Below, one piece after another: positions 58,733-64,000 of a stretch of DNA of 64,000 bases. The DNA lies in IMG/VR virus record IMGVR_UViG_3300033074_000580, positions 31,270 to 95,269 of that record. One strand, given 5' to 3'. Position 1 is the first letter of the stretch, and the number at the start of each line of letters is the position of its first letter. The notes below the pieces were generated by a model, which searched no databases, was not told where the DNA came from, and saw nothing but the letters and a program-made list of their open reading frames with translations. The DNA comes from a virus. Its lineage: Duplodnaviria > Heunggongvirae > Uroviricota > Caudoviricetes. The position numbers and the translations under genes were made by a program.

Positions 58733-59665
58733 TTAGTCTTTCTTTTTTTCAGCTAATGCTTTTGGTTTTTGCTTTGGAAATTTACCCGGATTTAATGGGT
58801 GTTTTGGTTTTGTACCAGGGTCAACTTTTGGTTTAACTGGTACAGTTTTTGTTCCATTTTCTTGTACATCTTCTTCTTTTTCGGCCTTTGGTTTTTGTTT
58901 TGGAAATTTACCAGGACTTAATGGATGTTTAGGTTTTGTACCGGGGTCAACCTTTGGTTTAACAGGTGCTGTTGTTGTACCGTTTTCTTGCATCTCGGTT
59001 TTTTTCATTTTACCCGCTGCAGCCTTTAATGAGCTCCATTTTAAAAAATCAGGTAAAGGTGATAATTCTTCACTAACAACTTCACTCTTCATTTTTGTTG
59101 CAATCATTTCCATAATTTCGTTCTTTGACGTTAATATATGAAAAAATTTCTCTTCTGCCAAATTTTCAATCCATTTTTTTGTTTCATTCTCTTCTCTTTG
59201 GATATTTTTCCACATTGCAGCCGCAGCCACTTTCTCACCTTTTTCTTTACTACCGTATTTTTTTGCCGCCTTATCCTCAATTTTTTCAAAACCTTTACCC
59301 TTTTTACCAATATCTTCACCTTTTTTTGCTTTCTTAACCACTTCACTCTTCTTTTCTTTAGTAAGACCCGCTGATGGTTTTTCTTCTTCTAATTCTTTTG
59401 AATCCATAAATTCAGGAATACCATTGTGACCTTTGGTTACTTTAGAACCAACTCCATGTTCCTCATATGTTTCAATGGTCTTATTAGCCTTTTGAGCGGC
59501 AGCTAAATCACTTTGGAATGTTGGACTTTTTTTAGAAATCATAACGGTTCCTTCTCCTAACATTCTTTCAGCTAATTGATTAAGTTGATTATCTGTTAAG
59601 TTTACTAGTGCCTTTTCAGATAAACCTTCGTTCATAAGTTTTTGAACTAATTCTGACCTTTTCAT
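58733..59665 (-). CDS. Probable internal head polyprotein with a duplicated Pro/Lys module
   Basis: 310 aa; QENGT...KPKA duplicated. Confidence 0.55.
   Translation of the reverse strand: MKRSELVQKLMNEGLSEKALVNLTDNQLNQLAERMLGEGTVMISKKSPTFQSDLAAAQKANKTIETYEEHGVGSKVTKGHNGIPEFMDSKELEEEKPSAGLTKEKKSEVVKKAKKGEDIGKKGKGFEKIEDKAAKKYGSKEKGEKVAAAAMWKNIQREENETKKWIENLAEEKFFHILTSKNEIMEMIATKMKSEVVSEELSPLPDFLKWSSLKAAAGKMKKTEMQENGTTTAPVKPKVDPGTKPKHPLSPGKFPKQKPKAEKEEDVQENGTKTVPVKPKVDPGTKPKHPLNPGKFPKQKPKALAEKKKD
58757..58990 (-). repeat. Tandem coding repeat with a 126-nt period
   Basis: QENGT(T/K)T(A/V)PVKPKVDPGTKPKHPL(S/N)PGKFPKQKPKA present twice. Confidence 0.85.
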
Positions 59666-60063
59666 ATATCGTTTAATTTTACTTCTTCTTTTATAAGTTC
59701 GAACTCTCTTAGTTTTAGTTTTTTAGTAACACTCTCAATTGTTTCACCAAATCTGAATGTTAATCTTTCATCTTCTGAATTTATATCATACTTCTCCCAA
59801 GCAAGTGCAATTACACCATCTACAGCGTCAATAACTCCGAAATAATCGGAGTTTTGAACTAATTCTAATTGTAAATCTGTATTTTTTAAGAGACCAACTA
59901 AGTCGACATATTCAACGTCAGGTGACTTAGGTAGAGATGTTGCAGAAGCTGGAATTATAAACCATTCGTCCATGTCAATTTCAGTACTTGTGCTGAAAAC
60001 AAACTCGTACTGTTTTTGACCTTTATAATCGGAACCAATTTCATTAACATATATCAATCTCAT
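59662..60063 (-). CDS. Hypothetical protein
   Basis: 133 aa (DAVDGVIALAWE..L.FRFG). Confidence 0.6.
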   Translation of the reverse strand: MRLIYVNEIGSDYKGQKQYEFVFSTSTEIDMDEWFIIPASATSLPKSPDVEYVDLVGLLKNTDLQLELVQNSDYFGVIDAVDGVIALAWEKYDINSEDERLTFRFGETIESVTKKLKLREFELIKEEVKLNDI

Positions 60064-61176
60064 TTATTTGAAGTATTTTCCTAACGTAGCGTTGATACTA
60101 TTGTTAATTTCTTTTTTAATTTCTTCTAAATCTATTTCAACCTCTTCATCCATATGCTCTTCTCCATGTGCACCAATTTCAGGTCTTGGCATTGGTTGTT
60201 TTGGTTTTGCCTCATCGATATCACCTTCGCGATTGAAAGTGTATGAACGAGAATCCGCATCATAGTTACCTGATTCATCTAAATCTTCTTCCAAATCTGC
60301 ATATTTTGATAAATCAATCTCATCTGTATCCATTGGAGTATTGATGAATCTTTCTAATGCATCCATAGTTACATCTTCTTCACCTAACTCTTCATCACCT
60401 GTTGGTTCCTCTGCAGGTACCTCATCTTCAGGTTCTACTGCTGGTTCTTCAGATGGAACTTCTTCTTCATCTCTTTCGAATTTTTTACCGATTTCTTCGA
60501 TATCATCATCTTCTAATTTATCTAAATCAACCGCAGAAATAATCATATTAAGAACATACTTAATATCATCACTTTCCATCTTGTCATGTAAATCTCTCAA
60601 TTCTTGACCTAATTTACCTGCATATTTTTGAACTTCTGCCATGTAATCTGAACGTTTTGATTCACTTGGAGCCTCTGGTTCAGTTTCTGCAGATGGTTCT
60701 TCAGAACCAACTTCAGGTTCCGCAGGAACATCACTAGGTTCTTCTGCAGGTGCGGGAGCCGGTTCATCGATTGGAGGTTCAATCGGTGCATCTGCAGTTG
60801 GGTCCGCCAATGGGGATTCCATTTTTGGTGAATTTGTTTTTAAAACATATTTTGTAGCTTCATTTAATTCCTCTTGACCTTTGATAAATTCAAGTCTCTT
60901 AAATGCATCGGCATATGATGAGAATTTATTTTTATTCTTCATAAACATACCACCAATATAATCAAGTGATGATTCGTTTAATCCACTTTTTACATAGTAT
61001 CCGTCTTTTTCTTTAACGATACCGTAAACATAACCTGTTTTAGATTCTTTTACTAATTCCGGTTTGTTTGATGTGGACTTTTTATTTTTTTCATTGTAGT
61101 AAGTTAATTCAAGAATTCTTTTTAATTTCTCGTCTCCGTTTAATTTCTCACTACCAAGAGGTTTGATATCTGCCAT
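60064..61176 (-). CDS. Acidic hypothetical protein, probable prohead core component
   Basis: 370 aa; late motif at 61210-61217; many LxE sites. Confidence 0.55.
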   Translation of the reverse strand: MADIKPLGSEKLNGDEKLKRILELTYYNEKNKKSTSNKPELVKESKTGYVYGIVKEKDGYYVKSGLNESSLDYIGGMFMKNKNKFSSYADAFKRLEFIKGQEELNEATKYVLKTNSPKMESPLADPTADAPIEPPIDEPAPAPAEEPSDVPAEPEVGSEEPSAETEPEAPSESKRSDYMAEVQKYAGKLGQELRDLHDKMESDDIKYVLNMIISAVDLDKLEDDDIEEIGKKFERDEEEVPSEEPAVEPEDEVPAEEPTGDEELGEEDVTMDALERFINTPMDTDEIDLSKYADLEEDLDESGNYDADSRSYTFNREGDIDEAKPKQPMPRPEIGAHGEEHMDEEVEIDLEEIKKEINNSINATLGKYFK

Positions 61177-61246
61177 TGTTTTAATATTAAGTTAAACTTA
61201 TTCTTATCCTATAAATACATTGTAATACAGAAAAAAATAAGGTTCT

Positions 61247-62002
61247 TTATTGTGTTATAGACAATTTTTTGTCCGTGATATTTGTTTTAAGTTTTAATAA
61301 TTTCTCAATATACCCGTTTCTACGAAGTAATTTAAAGGTTAAATTTTCATATGAATACTCACCACCCGATTCTAAACCACTTTGTCTGAAGTCCTTAATT
61401 TTCTTTCTAAGGTCTTCAATTTTAGTTAATAAGTTTTGATTTTTAGGTGATTTTAAAAGATTATCTATTTTTTTTGCAAATTCCTCACCCTTTTGTATTA
61501 TCATTCTGTCATCAATATTAGGAGTTTCTTTTTTAGGTTCGACCACCCATTTATTATGTAGAACAGAATAAACACCCGATGATATGTGAGGTTCATTTAC
61601 ATCCTGAACGTATAATTCGACATCATAACCTTTTATTTTAATGTCGTGTTTTTCATTCCAAACGTTCTTTTTTGCATCGAAAAATTCCTTTAATAGATCT
61701 ATTGGATATTCAGATTCTTCAAAATCTATCAAAATATGTAAATCGACATCTGAAAAATTGGACCAATTATAATTTGCCAATGACCCCGTTAAAACCACAT
61801 CATGAATAAAAAATTCAATACCTAAAGTTTCAATAAATTCATCGCTAATCTTCAATAGACTTTTTCTTATATCCTCACGCATTGAAAATTCACCATCAAT
61901 ACCATCAAATATTTGGTTTGAAAGTGAATCTTTCGGTTCAAATGACTTTACGATTTTTTCGTCTTCTTGTCTATCTTCAATTAACTCTTCAAATAAACTC
62001 AT
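61247..62002 (-). CDS. Pol-beta superfamily nucleotidyltransferase
   Basis: LTGSLANYNWSNFSDVDL and VELYVQD catalytic pattern. Confidence 0.8.
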   Translation of the reverse strand: MSLFEELIEDRQEDEKIVKSFEPKDSLSNQIFDGIDGEFSMREDIRKSLLKISDEFIETLGIEFFIHDVVLTGSLANYNWSNFSDVDLHILIDFEESEYPIDLLKEFFDAKKNVWNEKHDIKIKGYDVELYVQDVNEPHISSGVYSVLHNKWVVEPKKETPNIDDRMIIQKGEEFAKKIDNLLKSPKNQNLLTKIEDLRKKIKDFRQSGLESGGEYSYENLTFKLLRRNGYIEKLLKLKTNITDKKLSITQ

Positions 62003-62244
62003 TTAACTTTTGTGTATGTGTATTTCTTACCGATATTCTCGTTGAAAAATTTACCTTGAGATTCAGATAATCTAAACTTGGTAAATACATTCCACGGAAC
62101 TTTATTATATTCATAAATACTACCATTGTTAAATGTTATGTCTAACTTCTCAGTTTCAGTATTGTAGGATGCAATTTTTAAATTGGATGATTGAATAGTA
62201 ACCTCAATAATTTTACCGTCAATTTTTTCAGATATAATTCCCAT
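61999..62244 (-). CDS. KTSC-domain protein
   Basis: SSNLKIASYN....L.ITFNNGSIYEY..VP......F....SQGKFFN. Confidence 0.85.
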   Translation of the reverse strand: MGIISEKIDGKIIEVTIQSSNLKIASYNTETEKLDITFNNGSIYEYNKVPWNVFTKFRLSESQGKFFNENIGKKYTYTKVK

Positions 62245-62280
62245 ACGTGTTTTTTATTTAATATAATCAATAAATATCAA

Positions 62281-62309
62281 AAAGAAAACCCCCGATTTCT
62301 CGGGGGTTT
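62281..62309 (-). terminator. Intrinsic terminator between the KTSC paralogues
   Basis: Minus strand: AAACCCCCGA-GAAA-TCGGGGGTTTTCTTT. Confidence 0.8.
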
Positions 62310-62313
62310 AATT

Positions 62314-62559
62314 TTAATCTACCTTTTTAAACTTATAATCTTTAGCGATGTATTTGTTAAAATACGTCCCTTGAGATTTTGCAAGTCTAAATTTAGTAAA
62401 CTCTAACATAGGAACTTTACGATATTCGTACACAGTACCCGAGTTAAAAGTTATTGTTAGTCTTTCAGACAACAAATTATAAGATGCCGATTTAAGACTT
62501 GAAGATTTGATTGTCACATCAATAATCTCCCCTGCAATTTTTTCTTTTTTAATACTCAT
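62314..62559 (-). CDS. KTSC-domain protein (paralogue)
   Basis: SSSLKSASYN...ITFNSGTVYEYRKVP...SQGTYFN. Confidence 0.85.
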   Translation of the reverse strand: MSIKKEKIAGEIIDVTIKSSSLKSASYNLLSERLTITFNSGTVYEYRKVPMLEFTKFRLAKSQGTYFNKYIAKDYKFKKVD

Positions 62560-62613
62560 GTGAATTATTTTTTGTTATACTGAAATATAAACAAAAAAAT
62601 TCAAACAAAAAAA

Positions 62614-62982
62614 TTAGTTTAAAGAAATGAAACGTTCAATCGACTTCTTCTTGTCAATAGGTAGAGTTAATTCTAAAATACCATTTTCAACTTTACCTAC
62701 GATATCTTTTTCTTTAACATCATCAGGTATTGAGTACGATTTAACAAAACTACCCATAAAGTGATGAATATCATCCGATTCTTCTTTTTCGAATGAAATT
62801 CTTAACACACCTTCTTTTGTGGTAATTTTCAAATCGTCCTTTGTTAAACCTGGCACACTTATCGAAACCTTATATTCGGTTTCACTCTTAGACACCTTAG
62901 TTTCTGGCGTCTTTAAGAATTTTGAAGTGTCGAACGCACTTTCAAAACCTTGAAAAAATGGGTCTTTAAATAATGTTATCAT
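62614..62982 (-). CDS. Small heat-shock protein (Hsp20)
   Basis: VPGLTKDDLKI, FVKSYSIP and VENGILELTLP motifs. Confidence 0.9.
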   Translation of the reverse strand: MITLFKDPFFQGFESAFDTSKFLKTPETKVSKSETEYKVSISVPGLTKDDLKITTKEGVLRISFEKEESDDIHHFMGSFVKSYSIPDDVKEKDIVGKVENGILELTLPIDKKKSIERFISLN

Positions 62983-62998
62983 AATATATTGTTTTTAA

Positions 62999-63082
62999 TT
63001 TACAATTTACAAATTGTAAACCAAATGTCTAAAACTGACATTTAGACATTCGTTAGACATTTTTTTAGACATTTTGACATTT
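62999..63082. promoter_or_regulatory. Palindrome plus GACAT repeat array (operator-like)
   Basis: TTTACAATTT-AC-AAATTGTAAA at 62999-63020; ATGTC at 63025; GACAT at 63037, 63045, 63056, 63068 and 63076. Confidence 0.6.
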
Positions 63083-63083
63083 A

Positions 63084-63115
63084 TTTGTTTTTTAGAATGA
63101 AATGTGTTATGTTTG
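63084..63115 (+). promoter_or_regulatory. Bacteroidota-type sigma-A promoter for the Clp ATPase gene
   Basis: TTTG-N20-TATGTTTG, an exact match to the consensus. Confidence 0.65.
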
Positions 63116-63137
63116 TACAAACTAAACTCATAATAGA

Positions 63138-64000
63138 ATGGCAGTAGATTTTTTTGAAGAAGGACCAACAATCAATCCTAAAAAAACAAGAAAGGGTTCT
63201 AATACTCCGATATTAGATAATTTCTCAAGAGACCTAATCAGATTAGCTGAAGAAGGTAAAATTGACCCTGTGGTTGGTAGGGATAAAGAAGTAAGACGAA
63301 TTGCGCAAATTCTTTCTCGTAAGAAAAAGAACAATGCGGTAATTGTGGGAGATGCGGGAGTTGGTAAATCTGCACTTGTTGAGAAACTTGCACTAATGAT
63401 TGTGAAAGGAGACTGTCCAACAAATCTTTTAGATAAACGTATAATGTCTTTAGATTTGACTTCACTTGTTGCAGGTACAAAGTATAGAGGACAATTTGAA
63501 GAACGTATTAAAGCGATTTTAAATGAATTACAAGAAGCACCAAATGTTATTGTTTTCATTGATGAATTACACACAATGGTAGGTGCGGGTAATGCTAGTG
63601 GTGCTATGGATGCGGCTAACATTTTAAAACCTGCTTTGGCTCGTGGAGAAATTCAATGTATAGGTGCAACAACATTCGATGAATTTAAGAAACACATTGA
63701 GAAAGATGCGGCATTAGTAAGACGTTTCCAAAAAATTATTCTAAAAGAACCAACGATGGGTGAAACTATTGAAATTCTGAATAATTTAAAAGATTCGTAT
63801 GAAAATTTCCATAGAGTAAAATACGAAGATGGAGTTATTGAAACAATTGTTAAATTGTCGGGTAGATATATCACGGATAGACAATTCCCTGATAAAGCAA
63901 TTGATGTGATTGACGAATTAGGTTCTGAAAAAAGAATTTCAATGAGAGTTCCCGAATCAATTGAAAAATTAAAAAAGGAAGTTGACGAAATTAAAGAGAA
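63138..64000 (+). CDS. Clp/Hsp100 AAA+ ATPase (ClpB/ClpC-type), partial, lacking the N-terminal domain
   Basis: Not in the ORF track. MAVDFFEE...IDPVVGRDKE..LSRKKKNN..GDAGVGKS..AGTKYRGQFEER..FIDELH..KPALARG..DRQFPDKAID. Confidence 0.92.
   Translation, partial: MAVDFFEEGPTINPKKTRKGSNTPILDNFSRDLIRLAEEGKIDPVVGRDKEVRRIAQILSRKKKNNAVIVGDAGVGKSALVEKLALMIVKGDCPTNLLDKRIMSLDLTSLVAGTKYRGQFEERIKAILNELQEAPNVIVFIDELHTMVGAGNASGAMDAANILKPALARGEIQCIGATTFDEFKKHIEKDAALVRRFQKIILKEPTMGETIEILNNLKDSYENFHRVKYEDGVIETIVKLSGRYITDRQFPDKAIDVIDELGSEKRISMRVPESIEKLKKEVDEIKE

Noticed and set aside
63023-63082. CRISPR array
   Set aside because: Repeats are only 5-8 nt with no spacers, and no cas genes are present in the window.
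1-64000. Stop-codon reassignment, as seen in some large Bacteroidota phages
   Set aside because: Core genes are intact in code 11, and TAG (e.g. dut, phoH) and TGA both terminate genes at expected positions.
1-64000. tRNA or rRNA genes
   Set aside because: No cloverleaf or rRNA-like segments recognised; intergenic spaces are short and AT-rich.

Overview
AT-rich (~30% GC) segment of a large T4-like (myovirus, jumbo-type) phage genome in the standard genetic code. The host is probably a member of the Bacteroidota, based on TTTG-N19/20-TAnnTTTG promoters, the lack of evident Shine-Dalgarno sites, and a Bacteroidota-type bS21. The window holds the virion core: baseplate, tape measure, tail chaperone, tube, sheath, neck, major capsid, scaffold, prohead protease, portal and large terminase. 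It also carries a family-B DNA polymerase, an SNF2-type helicase, a gp55-like late sigma factor, three glycosyltransferases, dUTPase, PhoH, dCMP deaminase, a WYL protein, a flavodoxin-fold protein, bS21, a nucleotidyltransferase with two KTSC proteins, Hsp20 and a Clp ATPase. Main leads: (1) a recurrent [S/T]-G-x-T motif concentrated in outer virion proteins, together with three phage glycosyltransferases, suggests a sequon-directed virion O-glycosylation system; (2) a shared helical tag plus L/I-x-E sites suggests a head-packaging system that loads enzymes (WYL, flavoprotein, nucleotidyltransferase); (3) a bacterial parS-like palindrome sits next to a CTAG-repeat, origin-like tract; (4) a TATTTAT(A/T) late-promoter motif often lies only 3 nt before the ATG, implying leaderless mRNAs; (5) an unannotated +1/-2 frameshift extension of the tail chaperone; (6) a GACAT operator-like array between hsp20 and clp. 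All function calls come from motif recognition by eye; no database searches were run.
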